This document shows, piece by piece, positions 39,822 through 49,287 of a stretch of 64,000 bases of DNA. The position numbers and the translations under genes are program-made. The notes under the pieces were generated by a model. It was not told the origin of the DNA. It worked only from the letters and a program-made list of their open reading frames with translations, and made no database searches. Within the stretch, counting starts at the first letter, position 1, and every line of letters starts with the position of its first letter. This DNA is from Planctomycetota bacterium (GTDB lineage Bacteria; Planctomycetota; JAJSAM01; JAJVHW01): contig CBDFJG010000004.1 in NCBI GenBank assembly GCA_965248445.1, positions 384,001-448,000 of the forward strand. Reading direction: 5' to 3'.

Positions 39822-40685
39822 TCAACAATCGTTGTCGGTAGCGGCGGCCCTCTGCTGAAGATCCGCCAGGTGCGCCAGCAAGTCGCGGTAGTCCCAGGGC
39901 ACGTTGTGCCGCGCATGGAGGGACTTCAGAGCGCCTGTGTACCGCTCTGCCATGTCGCCGGTCTGCGACTCCGTGCGTGGGTCACAGAAGTAGGTGCGGC
40001 AAGCCAGCGGGCGGTGCTCCCGGGCGGTGCAGCGACGGTCCTTCCACGCGGGGCACAACCCGGACGACGCATCCCACTTCGCGAGGTCCACGCCCCGAGC
40101 CAGACGCTCGGCCTCGGCGCGCGACACGTAGAGGCGATGGCCTGCGCGGGGAAAGTCGCAGCAGTTGCCCGACGCGAAGCAGACGGGTGCCAGCGCGCGC
40201 ACCTCCGCGTCGACCTCCTCGAGCAGTGTCTCAACCGCCTCGCGAAAGCGAACCAGGCCCGCCCGGCGGTCAATCTCGTCGGCCGGGATCGTGTCTCCCC
40301 GACCGATCCCGCGACAGCTCTCGCCCTCGTGCTCGAACGACTCGCGATCGCGCACCACGCGTGACCAGAACGGATAGTCCCGGCACTGGTCCGGCTTGGC
40401 GGCGTTCACGCGGCAGGCCGTCGTGCCATCTCGGTTCCGTTCGAGCCACTCGCAGTCGGTGCTGCCCGGACGATCGAGCAGGACGGTCTCGCCCAGACTC
40501 TCGCGCGTGTGCTCCGCGCGGAACTCGGCGACCGACATCCCGACATGGTTGGCCAGCGCCTCCGTCTCTCGCGGCGAGAGCTGGACGACGCTCCCCTTAC
40601 CACCGCAGCAGTTCCCGCACCGCTCGCAGCGGAAGCGAAGACCCGCCGCGTACCAACGGGAGTCGCCGGGTGTGCTCTCGGTCAC
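39822..40685 (-). CDS. Tandem YkgJ/FliB-type Cys-cluster (CxxCxxCC) protein
   Basis: CERCGNCC...C...C..NAAKPDQCRDYPFW, then CFASGNCC...CPAW..RC...EHRPLACRTYFC. Confidence 0.85.
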   Translation of the reverse strand: MTESTPGDSRWYAAGLRFRCERCGNCCGGKGSVVQLSPRETEALANHVGMSVAEFRAEHTRESLGETVLLDRPGSTDCEWLERNRDGTTACRVNAAKPDQCRDYPFWSRVVRDRESFEHEGESCRGIGRGDTIPADEIDRRAGLVRFREAVETLLEEVDAEVRALAPVCFASGNCCDFPRAGHRLYVSRAEAERLARGVDLAKWDASSGLCPAWKDRRCTAREHRPLACRTYFCDPRTESQTGDMAERYTGALKSLHARHNVPWDYRDLLAHLADLQQRAAATDNDC

Positions 40686-41857
40686 CGACGGCGGCGCTTG
40701 CCACGCCGCGCGCGATCGCCCGGGCGTCCCCGCGGACGCGGCGCGAGGTCGATCTTCTTCGCGACGAGCTTCGGCGCCTCGGCAATCGGCGCTGCCTCGA
40801 ACGCGACCTGGGTGACGACCTGAGGGACCGGCCCGCGCGCGGCGATGATGTCGCCGGCGACCGCCTGGATGTCCGCGACCAGCTCCGCCGCGGTCGCGTA
40901 CCGGTGCTCGCGGTCCTTCGACATCGCCTTGCGCACCACGAACTGCACCGGAGGCGAGATCTTGGTCATCTGGGCTGGCGTGAAAGCCAGCTCCTGCTTG
41001 ACCTGCGCGATGAGGACTTCCTCGCCCGTCCCCTCGAACGGCGTATCCCCGGTGAGCATGTGGAACAGTGAAGCGCCTAGGGAGTAGATGTCGGTCCTGC
41101 CGTCGACGTCGTCGCCGCGCGCCTGCTCGGGCGACATGTACTCGGGAGTGCCGACGGTCATCGACTCGGCCGTGTCCTCCCACATGCCCCGCACCACACG
41201 CGCCAGACCGAAGTCGATGATCCGGACATGCCCGTCCTGATCGACGACGAGGTTGGCGGGCTTGACGTCGCGATGGACGATGCCCTTCTGGTGCATGTGC
41301 TCGAGGGACAGCCCCACCTGCACGGCGATGTGCAGCGCGAGGCCTTCTTCCAGCGCAGCGCCATCGTCCAGTACGTCGAGCACCGAGATGCCGTCGACGA
41401 ATCCCATCGCGTAGAAGTCGACGCCGTCGGCTGACCCGTACTCGCGGCCGTCCACCAAGCCGTCGTGATCCAGCGCGAGCAGGATGTGCGCTTCGCGCTT
41501 GAAACGCAGACGGTAGCGCTCTTGCAGCCCGAACTCCGTGCGCAGGATCTTCAGCGCGACGCGCCTTGCGAGCGGCTCGTACGTCGCCTCGTAGACGATA
41601 GCCATGCCGCCCTCGCCGACCCTCCGGACGAGCTTGTAGTCTGCGAACGGCTGGTGCTTCTCGAGCGGGACGTCCTTGAGCACCCGCGCCTGTGTCCGCG
41701 TGAGCAGCCCGCGCTTGACGAGGAGGGCCAGGAGCGACACCGGCCGGTCCTCGGCGTGCCGCTGCTGCCAGGCGCGGAGACACTGTTCGGCCTCCTCGCG
41801 CAGGAGCACACCGGTCGCCACGAGGGGGCCTACCAACTGGAGTTCGCTCTGGTCCAC
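40682..41857 (-). CDS. Hanks-type Ser/Thr protein kinase
   Basis: GEGGMA, VALK, HRDVKPAN, DFG, GTPEYMSPEQ, DIYSLG. Confidence 0.93.
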   Translation of the reverse strand: MDQSELQLVGPLVATGVLLREEAEQCLRAWQQRHAEDRPVSLLALLVKRGLLTRTQARVLKDVPLEKHQPFADYKLVRRVGEGGMAIVYEATYEPLARRVALKILRTEFGLQERYRLRFKREAHILLALDHDGLVDGREYGSADGVDFYAMGFVDGISVLDVLDDGAALEEGLALHIAVQVGLSLEHMHQKGIVHRDVKPANLVVDQDGHVRIIDFGLARVVRGMWEDTAESMTVGTPEYMSPEQARGDDVDGRTDIYSLGASLFHMLTGDTPFEGTGEEVLIAQVKQELAFTPAQMTKISPPVQFVVRKAMSKDREHRYATAAELVADIQAVAGDIIAARGPVPQVVTQVAFEAAPIAEAPKLVAKKIDLAPRPRGRPGDRARRGKRRRR

Positions 41858-42817
41858 GGCGTGAGGGTACCGCCGTCTGCCCAGCCCGCCGAGGGTGCGT
41901 GGGGGCGATCCACTTATCCCCGGCCAGACGAATGCCGATGACAGAAGTGGGGAGGCCCTCGGGGCCGGAAGACAGACCCGACCGCGCCGGATCGCGGCGA
42001 ACCCGTGGAACGGTGGAGCGGTTATCCGGAAGGATTTCCGGGACTCTTCGGCACGCGAGATGCGTCTTACCTGGGTAGAGGCATGAGTCCGCCCCTGAGG
42101 CGAACCTGCCCCGAGCTGGCTGAAACTGGTCAGGCTGGGAACTGGCCGAGCTGGGAACTGCGACTGACAACGAGGCGGATCACGCCTGCCCCGCACTGCG
42201 CTTCGGGCGCGCCCTCGGGCGCTCACGAACGGTGTCGCGGACCGCGGGCCCCGCGGGGAGCCTTTGAAAAGGCCGGACGGCGGCATCGAGCTGACGCTCG
42301 ACCCCACGTCTTCCTTCCTTTCAATGCCCTATCAGAGCGCCATGCACACAGGCCCGGGCGAGAGCCCGCCGCCTGAGGCGGAACTCCTTCCCACCTCATG
42401 CCCAACACCACTCGGGAGGACCGCCGGCCACGTTCGGCCCTTTCTAGGCTCCCCCAAAGACGATCCGCCTCGTCTCTTCTGGCGTCAACAGCTGACGCTG
42501 TTGACGCACTCGCCTGCGCGGCTGTCTGTGCCGCCGCGACCCTTCGGGCAGACCCGAGCCGGCTGTTCGCTGCGTCGCCTCGGATCGGCGCCACGAACGT
42601 GTCGCCTCACCTCCCCTCCTTGCGCCCGATCACACCCGGACGGTGGTCGCATCCGTTGCGTCGTCTCCGGCACCGCTCGGCTCCCCATTGGCTGATCGGG
42701 TAGTGGGAGGTCGCGATACGCGATACGCGCGATTGCGTCGGGTGTTACTGACAGGCGGGGTGCGTTCTCGGGTTCCGCGCACGTCTGTCGCGGGTGTTGT
42801 GGACAATCGCGCTCAAC

Positions 42818-43909
42818 GTGAAGCCGCGAAGCACTCCGGAGACAACGAGCGAACTTGCGGACGATGCGGCCGTCGGCACATCCGACGTGGCACCGCTGCG
42901 CCACATCGATCCGCCGCACGTGCTCGAGCCGATGCTCGCTCTGTGGCCCGCACCTGCACTGCTGGTGGACAGCGACGGGGTCGTGCTCTCCGCGAACGAC
43001 GCGGCGGCGGCACTCCTCGACATCACCGCCGAGAGCGCCCACGGACGCATGCTCGCGGGACTTCTCGGTGTCCCGGCCACGCGCGCTCTGCTCGTCGGTG
43101 CCGGCTCCGCGCGGCTCGCCGCGGCCGCAGAACGCCCCGCGCTGAGGGCCCGCGCGCGGCGCACCGAGACGGGCGACGTCGTCGTGGGCTTCCACGTCGA
43201 AGACGGCCCCGCCGTCGACCTGGAGCACGCCGAGCGTCTCGCCTCGATCGGCGAACTGCTGTCCAGCGTCGCGCATGAGCTCAACAACCCGCTCACGAGC
43301 GTGCTCGGCTACGCCGAGTTGCTGCTCGCCGACGATCACCCGGACCTGCCCCGGGACGAGCTCCAGCGGATCCACGACGAGGCGGCCCGCTGCCGCCGCA
43401 TCGTCCAGAACCTGCTCGACCTCTCTCGCGCCGAACGTGTCGAGTCGCGCCCACTGCTCGTGGGCGACGTCGTCGCACGCGTCGTGGAATTCCGTTCGTA
43501 TGCAGCCCATGTTGCCGGCGTCACGCTCCGGGGCGAGTGCGAAGAGGACCTGCCCGTGATGGTGGGCGACTTCCACCGGCTCGTGCAGGCCGTGCTGAAC
43601 CTCGTCACGAACGCGGAGCACGCCGTCGCAGGACGGGCGGCGGGCCGCAGCGTCACGGTACGCGCCCGGCGCGCGGGCCCAAGGCTCGCGATCGAAGTCG
43701 AGGACAACGGAGCCGGCGTGCGCCCGGAAGACGCGGAGCGCATCTTCGAGCCGTTCGTCACGACCAAGCCGCGCGGGCGCGGAACGGGCCTCGGGCTCTC
43801 CCTCGTGCGGAACACCGCGATCGCTCACGGCGGCGACGTGCGTGTCGAACGCAGCGCCGGCGGCGGCGCCCGCTTCGTGATCGAACTGCCGGCCGCCACC
43901 GACGTCTAG
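42818..43909 (+). CDS. Cytoplasmic sensor histidine kinase (PAS-like, HisKA, HATPase); no adjacent response regulator
   Basis: AHELNNPL, NLVTNA, DNGAG, FEPFVTTK, GTGLGL. Confidence 0.92.
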   Translation: MKPRSTPETTSELADDAAVGTSDVAPLRHIDPPHVLEPMLALWPAPALLVDSDGVVLSANDAAAALLDITAESAHGRMLAGLLGVPATRALLVGAGSARLAAAAERPALRARARRTETGDVVVGFHVEDGPAVDLEHAERLASIGELLSSVAHELNNPLTSVLGYAELLLADDHPDLPRDELQRIHDEAARCRRIVQNLLDLSRAERVESRPLLVGDVVARVVEFRSYAAHVAGVTLRGECEEDLPVMVGDFHRLVQAVLNLVTNAEHAVAGRAAGRSVTVRARRAGPRLAIEVEDNGAGVRPEDAERIFEPFVTTKPRGRGTGLGLSLVRNTAIAHGGDVRVERSAGGGARFVIELPAATDV

Positions 43910-43927
43910 ATCGCTGCGGTCTGTCGT

Positions 43928-44071
43928 TCGGATCGCGAAGCGATTCTCACGCCACACCTGGCGATCGTGTCTCCCTCCTACGCCGCCTCCGGCGGCGTAG
44001 GAGGGCTACGGTCACGCCGCTTGCTTCGCAACCGTCGCGACCTTCGCGATTCGCGCAACGAGTGCGAGCTC
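43928..44071 (+). repeat. Composite structured intergenic repeat, copy B
   Basis: CGTGTCT-CCCTCCTACGCCGCC-TCC-GGCGGCGTAGGAGGG hairpin, then TCACGCCGCTTGCTTCGCAACCGTCGCG, as in copy A. Confidence 0.75.
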
Positions 44072-44099
44072 TGCCGCGAGGGCACGGCCACGGCGGCGT

Positions 44100-45500
44100 T
44101 CACTCGCGCGCTAGGAACTCGAACGTCGCGAGGATCTTCTCGAACTCCGGACGCACGACCTCGAACGCAGCGGCGGGACAGGCGGCGAGCAGCCGGAACA
44201 CGCGACCGTCGCGCACGTACAGGTGCGCGAGCGTGCGCGTGTTCTCGCCCTTCGTTGTCGCCGTGGCCTCCATCCAGTAGCGGCGGGCGCCCTCCACGTC
44301 CTCGTAGCCGTCGCGGCGCACGCGGAAGTCCTTGGAGTGCAAGCGCAGCAGCCGCTGCAGCGATTCAGCCGCGCGCTCGACGGTGACACCCGAAGGCGGC
44401 GCCTCCTCGCGCATCACGTCCACGGACGCACCGAGCGGCCGGCTGCGCACCGTGACCAGTGCTGCGGCGCCGGGGATGGCCGGCTCCTCGAACGTCCAGG
44501 ACGGATCCGGCTTGCCGATGGCGAAACCCGCGACCGGGTCGGCGTATCGCGTGCGCGCAGCGCTGTCCGGGCCCGTGACCCGGTCCTGGTCGCCGCCGCG
44601 CACCGCCTCGAGCACTCCGGGTTGAGCAGCCATCGCGCGCAGCGACGGGCCGTTCAACTCGGACATGTGAGCCGCGAGATCGGGCCCGATCCACTCGACC
44701 TCTTCCCGCCCTCCGCGCTTGCGCTTGACGACGCGAACCCGCACGGAGTTCTTCTCGATCTCCACCGTCTTCTCCCCGCCCTCCGTGTAGCGGACCAGTT
44801 CGAATCGGCGTGAACGCGAGTCGTACGCCATGGCCGCGAACACTCCCGAGAGCGCCGCGGACTCGCGCAGGAAGAACTCACGGGCCGCGAGCGGGAAGCG
44901 TGCCTCCTTCGGCATCGCGATCATGGTCGTCTCGGTCTTCCCCTTCTTCTTCGTCTCGACCGACGCGCGCTCGCCGAGTACTTCGACTCGCAGCAACGAC
45001 GTGTCGCCTCCCGGCGCGCTTTCCTGCACCTGCAAGAGGGTCGGCAGGAAGTCCGCGTCGCACCGTTCGACCGTGAAGACCTCCAGCGCGGGCTTTCCCT
45101 CTGCGTCGAGGAACGTGACGCGCTCCTCGAACTGGAAGCCGCCGACGCGTTCGAGCGCGCGGAACACCCGTGTGCCGCCGCGTTTGCCGTCGATGTAGAG
45201 CAGCGCGTGCTCCTCGCGGGCGGGCTCGGCCGGTTCGGCGGCCGGCGTCGGCGCACCCGTCGACGACCCGTCCGAAGACGCTTCGCCGCGCACGATCTCC
45301 TTCACGATCGAACGCGGGTACGTGATCGAGCCGCCGCCGATCCCGAGCTTCACGTGATCCTCGTCGGCTTCGAGAACGGTGCCCTTGATCTCGCGACCGT
45401 TGTGGAGGATGAGCGTGTCCTCGGCGCGGGCGTCGGAAGCAACGGCGAAGAGGAGTGTCAGAAACACGGCGACGGGCACAAGGCGGGGAAGCGGACTCAT
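44100..45500 (-). CDS. Secreted hypothetical protein
   Basis: Signal peptide ending ARA-ED; DTLILHNGR.IKG start; PsbP-like C-terminal pattern. Confidence 0.75.
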   Translation of the reverse strand: MSPLPRLVPVAVFLTLLFAVASDARAEDTLILHNGREIKGTVLEADEDHVKLGIGGGSITYPRSIVKEIVRGEASSDGSSTGAPTPAAEPAEPAREEHALLYIDGKRGGTRVFRALERVGGFQFEERVTFLDAEGKPALEVFTVERCDADFLPTLLQVQESAPGGDTSLLRVEVLGERASVETKKKGKTETTMIAMPKEARFPLAAREFFLRESAALSGVFAAMAYDSRSRRFELVRYTEGGEKTVEIEKNSVRVRVVKRKRGGREEVEWIGPDLAAHMSELNGPSLRAMAAQPGVLEAVRGGDQDRVTGPDSAARTRYADPVAGFAIGKPDPSWTFEEPAIPGAAALVTVRSRPLGASVDVMREEAPPSGVTVERAAESLQRLLRLHSKDFRVRRDGYEDVEGARRYWMEATATTKGENTRTLAHLYVRDGRVFRLLAACPAAAFEVVRPEFEKILATFEFLARE

Positions 45501-45587
45501 GTACCTCTCATCGGCCTCCCGGAACATCCGGTCCAGCCTGCGCGCCCGTTCGCCCGGCAGTTCTGTAGGATCGGGCAGGGGGTGCGG

Positions 45588-46583
45588 TCAGCGCGCTTTC
45601 AGCTCCTCGCGGACCCAGTCGTGCCAGGCGGCCTCGCTCTCGCCGAGGTACTCCGGGACCGTTGCGCCGGTCGACTCCATGAGCACGGCCAGACCGGTCA
45701 CCACGGCCGAACGGGGTGTGCCACGCGGTGTCTCATCGATGATGGTGACCAGCGCCGGCACCGCTTTGACGTCGCCCAGCTTGCCCAGGGCGAGCGCCGT
45801 GTGCGTCCGCACGAACGGGTGATCGTCGCGCAACAGGTTGATCAGGGCGTCCACCGATCGCTGGTCGCCGAGGGCGCCGAGCGTCGCGGCCGCGTGCCCG
45901 CGCACGTAGGGATCGTCGGGATCGAACAGCGCCGCCTCGATCAGGGGCATCGCACGGGTGAGGTCGGCCGGGTCCAGTGGCGCCGAACCGGCGGCCGTCC
46001 GAGAGTCGATGACGTGCCACATGGCGATCAGGACGTTGTTGCGAATGTCGTCGTCCTGGCTGTCGAGCCAGCGGATCAGCGAAGCCGGCGGCGTGCTCGC
46101 GCTCTGACGGCGGGCCAGTGCAAAGGCGACGTTGGTGAGCAACCGCGGGTCATCGCTGGTGTCCAGTGCGGTCGCCAGCGCGGCGACGGCTCCGTCGGTC
46201 GCCGAGAATGCGAGCGCCTTGGCCGCAATACGCCGCCTCGAGAGTTCCTCGCCGGTCAACGACCCGATCAACTGAGTCTCGTTCTGCGCGACGACGGCCT
46301 CGAGTGCCGAGGAGAGGAGCTCCCTCTCCCGCATCGACTCCACGCCGGCCTGCGACTTCAGGTGCACGAAGCGGTCCACGCGCGAATCGAGGTCCTGCAG
46401 AAGGCGGCCGTAGGAAATGGCACCGGCGTCCCCCGTCGACTCTCCGACGAGTTCGACCGTCGGGTCGGACGAATCGGAGACGCAGCCCCCCGCGAGAGAC
46501 ACGGCGAGAGGCGCCACGAGGACGAGGAGGATCGCGGGCAGCCGGGCGCTGCGCCGAAGGAGTGCTCGGCTGGGTCTGTGCAT
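45588..46583 (-). CDS. HEAT-repeat lipoprotein
   Basis: Lipobox AGGC; D.DPYVR..AA..LG.LGD repeats. Confidence 0.82.
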   Translation of the reverse strand: MHRPSRALLRRSARLPAILLVLVAPLAVSLAGGCVSDSSDPTVELVGESTGDAGAISYGRLLQDLDSRVDRFVHLKSQAGVESMRERELLSSALEAVVAQNETQLIGSLTGEELSRRRIAAKALAFSATDGAVAALATALDTSDDPRLLTNVAFALARRQSASTPPASLIRWLDSQDDDIRNNVLIAMWHVIDSRTAAGSAPLDPADLTRAMPLIEAALFDPDDPYVRGHAAATLGALGDQRSVDALINLLRDDHPFVRTHTALALGKLGDVKAVPALVTIIDETPRGTPRSAVVTGLAVLMESTGATVPEYLGESEAAWHDWVREELKAR

Positions 46584-46615
46584 CAGGTCTTCCCTTGGAC
46601 GGGTGGAGCCGGAGT

Positions 46616-47059
46616 CTATTCCGCCCCGTCGCCCGGAGTCCCACCGCCATCGGAGGACGCCGACGCCGCGCTCTCCGCGGCCAGAAGCTCGCGCAGCTCC
46701 GCCGGCAGGCGCCGGGGCCGGCCCCCATCGTCCACGGCGGCGTGCCTGGAACTGCCCGTGGCGAGGACTTCGCCATCCCGGACGACCTCGTATCGCAACG
46801 TGAGGCGGGTGCGCCCGCACTCGGTGCACCGCGTGACGACCTCGAGCAGATCGTCATAGCTCGCCGGCCGCAGGTACTTCGCGGACGCCTCGATCACGGC
46901 CAGATGCGTGCCCGACTCCATCAGTTCCGCGTAGGGCAGGCCCAGCGCGCGCAGGTACGCGGTCCGCGCGATCTCGAAATACACGAGATATCTCGGGTGG
47001 TGCACGATCCCCATCGTGTCCACCTCATCGAACCGGACCCGGATCTCGGTCGTGTGCAC
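46616..47059 (-). CDS. Acyl-CoA thioesterase (YbgC/4HBT family)
   Basis: RVRFDEVDTMGIVHH..YL.YFEIAR. Confidence 0.9.
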   Translation of the reverse strand: MHTTEIRVRFDEVDTMGIVHHPRYLVYFEIARTAYLRALGLPYAELMESGTHLAVIEASAKYLRPASYDDLLEVVTRCTECGRTRLTLRYEVVRDGEVLATGSSRHAAVDDGGRPRRLPAELRELLAAESAASASSDGGGTPGDGAE

Positions 47060-47113
47060 GCGGCCGAAGATACTCCGGCCACTTCGGGTGACCCGGCTAA
47101 CTTCGCCCACCCC

Positions 47114-47545
47114 ATGGAGGAGTCACCCTCTCGCCGCCCCTTCGTCCCGGTGCTGCTCGCGTGGCTCGTGCCGGGAGGTGGTCACCTCATGCTCGGCCGT
47201 GCCTGGCCGGCGCTCTGGGTGTTCGCCGGCGTGTTGCCGCTTTTTCTGCTCGGGATGCACCTCACGGGCTACGAGATCGTCAGCCCGGTGCGGCACCCGT
47301 GGTACTTCGCGACGCACGTCTGGATGGGCCTGCCGTCCGGGTTCGCGGCACTGCTGACGACGGAGACCGTGTTGACGGAGCCGCTGCCGTTCCAGGAAGC
47401 AGGCCGGCTCTACACCGCGGTCGCCGGCATGCTGAACCTCATGGCGATCGCCGACGTCTGGGCGCGCTGCAAGCGCGGCGACCCCGAGACGCGCCCCGCG
47501 CCCGCAGGGGACCCGGACCTGGTCGCCGTGGAGCCGGCACCGTGA
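47114..47545 (+). CDS. Membrane protein (DUF6677-like)
   Basis: LLAWLVPGGGH...YTAVAGMLNLMAIAD. Confidence 0.75.
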   Translation: MEESPSRRPFVPVLLAWLVPGGGHLMLGRAWPALWVFAGVLPLFLLGMHLTGYEIVSPVRHPWYFATHVWMGLPSGFAALLTTETVLTEPLPFQEAGRLYTAVAGMLNLMAIADVWARCKRGDPETRPAPAGDPDLVAVEPAP

Positions 47546-47742
47546 CCGAGTTCGTCCGCTGGGCAGTGATGCTGCTGATCGTCTGCCTCGCGATCAGCAT
47601 GGTGAACGGCGCGATGCGCGCGAGCACGCTCAACGGTGTCGTCCGAGAATCGATGCGCAGCCTCGTCGCACTGGCAGGCGGACTCGCGCTCCTCATCGCT
47701 GTCGTCGAAGTCGTCCTGCTCGTCGTCCAACAGAACGCGTAG
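47542..47742 (+). CDS. Small two-TM membrane protein
   Basis: GTGA coupling; two hydrophobic helices. Confidence 0.7.
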   Translation: MTEFVRWAVMLLIVCLAISMVNGAMRASTLNGVVRESMRSLVALAGGLALLIAVVEVVLLVVQQNA

Positions 47743-47791
47743 CTGCCCCGTTTCGCGTCCCGCCTTGGCAGTCAGGGCGTATGCTCCTCCC

Positions 47792-48340
47792 GTGCGACTG
47801 GCGATGTTCTGTCCGCGCTGCGGCGCCCCGCTCTCGGAGCGGATTCCGGAACTGGACGATCGGCCGCGCAAGGTCTGCTCCGAGTGCGCCTTCGTCGTGT
47901 ACGTCAACCCGAAGGTCGCCGCGGGCACGGTTCCGGTGCGCGATGACGGTCAGATCGCGCTCGTGCGGCGAGCCGTGGAGCCGCAGGTCGGTCTGTGGTC
48001 CTGGCCGTGCGGATACCTCGAGAACGACGAGACCGTCGAGGACTGCGCACGGCGTGAGACCCACGAGGAGACGGGCGTCGAGGTGTTACTCGGCGCTCTC
48101 CTGGGCATCTACAGCTACCCGCAGGACGCCCGCGACGCCACGCTCGCGGGCAGCGGTCTCGTGATCGTGTCGTGGGCGGCGCGCGTCACGTCGATCGAGC
48201 TGGCGCCGGGCTCGGACGTGCAGGAGACCGCGTGGTTCGCCCCCGCCGACATTCCGTGGGACGAGCTGGCGTTCGATTCGTCCCACCGCGCCCTGCGTGA
48301 CTTCCTCGACGGCACGCGCGATTTCGACGGCACAGCATGA
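47792..48340 (+). CDS. NUDIX hydrolase with N-terminal zinc ribbon
   Basis: FCPRCG...CSEC...Y.NP; GYLENDET....ARRETHEETG. Confidence 0.9.
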   Translation: MRLAMFCPRCGAPLSERIPELDDRPRKVCSECAFVVYVNPKVAAGTVPVRDDGQIALVRRAVEPQVGLWSWPCGYLENDETVEDCARRETHEETGVEVLLGALLGIYSYPQDARDATLAGSGLVIVSWAARVTSIELAPGSDVQETAWFAPADIPWDELAFDSSHRALRDFLDGTRDFDGTA

Positions 48341-48480
48341 CCACGCCGCCGGAGCCCGAGACGCAGGAAGCCGGTCCGGGGCGGATACTGCTCCTTCTCC
48401 TAGCCGCCGGCGCCGCCCTAGCGGTCGGCTGGGGCGTCCTCTATGCCGTGATGAGCTTCTTGGGCCCTGGTTGGGGGTGA
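48337..48480 (+). CDS. 47-aa single-TM small protein
   Basis: ATGA overlap; MTTPPEPETQEAGPGRILLLLLAAGAALAVGWGVLYAVMSFLGPGWG. Confidence 0.55.
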   Translation: MTTPPEPETQEAGPGRILLLLLAAGAALAVGWGVLYAVMSFLGPGWG

Positions 48481-48528
48481 GTGGGCGCCCGCCAGAACCG
48501 CGAATGGCGTGAGCAGAGGCCCCCCCCC

Positions 48529-49287
48529 TCACCCCGCGCAGTACCGCCCATCCCCCATCAGCTCCACGACTCCGCGCAATTCCATCGCCGTCAGCGACTG
48601 CAACGCCACCTCTGCCGACAGCCCCGTCCGCGCCATCAGTTCATCGGGATCCAGTTCCTCGCCTCGCAGTTCCGCGAGCAGCAACCGCTCCTCGTCGTTC
48701 TTGCCCGCTGCCGAAGTGCCGCGCGCCGCCACGTCGGGAATCTCCAGCCCCAGCGCCCGCAGCACGTCGTCCGCCCCCGCGCAGAGCGCCGCCCCTTCGC
48801 GCAGCAGGCGGTGCGTCCCGCGCGACATCTCTGCATCCACGCGGCCGGGGACCGCGAGCACGTCGCGACCGAGGTCCAGCGCGTGGTCCGCGGTGATCAG
48901 CGCCCCGCTCTTCTCGCCCGCCTCCACGACGACGACAGCGACCGCGAGAGCAGCGATAACGCGGTTGCGCCGCGGGAAGTGGTGCGGCAGCGGCGCGGCG
49001 TCGAGCGGGAGCTCCGACACGACGGCGCCGCGTCCGGCCGCGATGTCCGCCGCCAGCGAGACGTGTTCCGGTGGATAGAGGCGCGCCAGCCCGCTTCCGA
49101 GCACTGCAACGGTCCGCCCCCCGGCCGCCAGGGCGCCGGCGTGCGCGGCGGCATCGACCCCACGCGCCAGTCCGGACACGACCGTGAGATCGAGTTCCGC
49201 GAGCTCGCGGCCGAGCCGCTCGGCCGTTGCCCGTCCGTACCGGGACGCTCGCCGCGCGCCGACGATCGCCACGCACCTCTGATCTGC
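48529..49287 (-). pseudogene. dprA: DNA processing protein DprA, 5'-truncated by IS66
   Basis: VAIVGAR..S.YG, SGLARGVD, FPRRNR, SGALITA, C-terminal winged helix. N-terminus is replaced by the IS end. Confidence 0.9.

Noticed and set aside
41900..41980. RNase P RNA, tmRNA or cobalamin riboswitch
   Set aside because: Only short resemblances (AGACGAATG..GACAGAA, GGGGGCGA, GCCGGAAGAC). The other required conserved elements are absent or out of order.
43906..44114. Second CTAG-flanked MITE
   Set aside because: CTAG occurs at both sides but there is no terminal inverted repeat; treated as composite repeat copy B.
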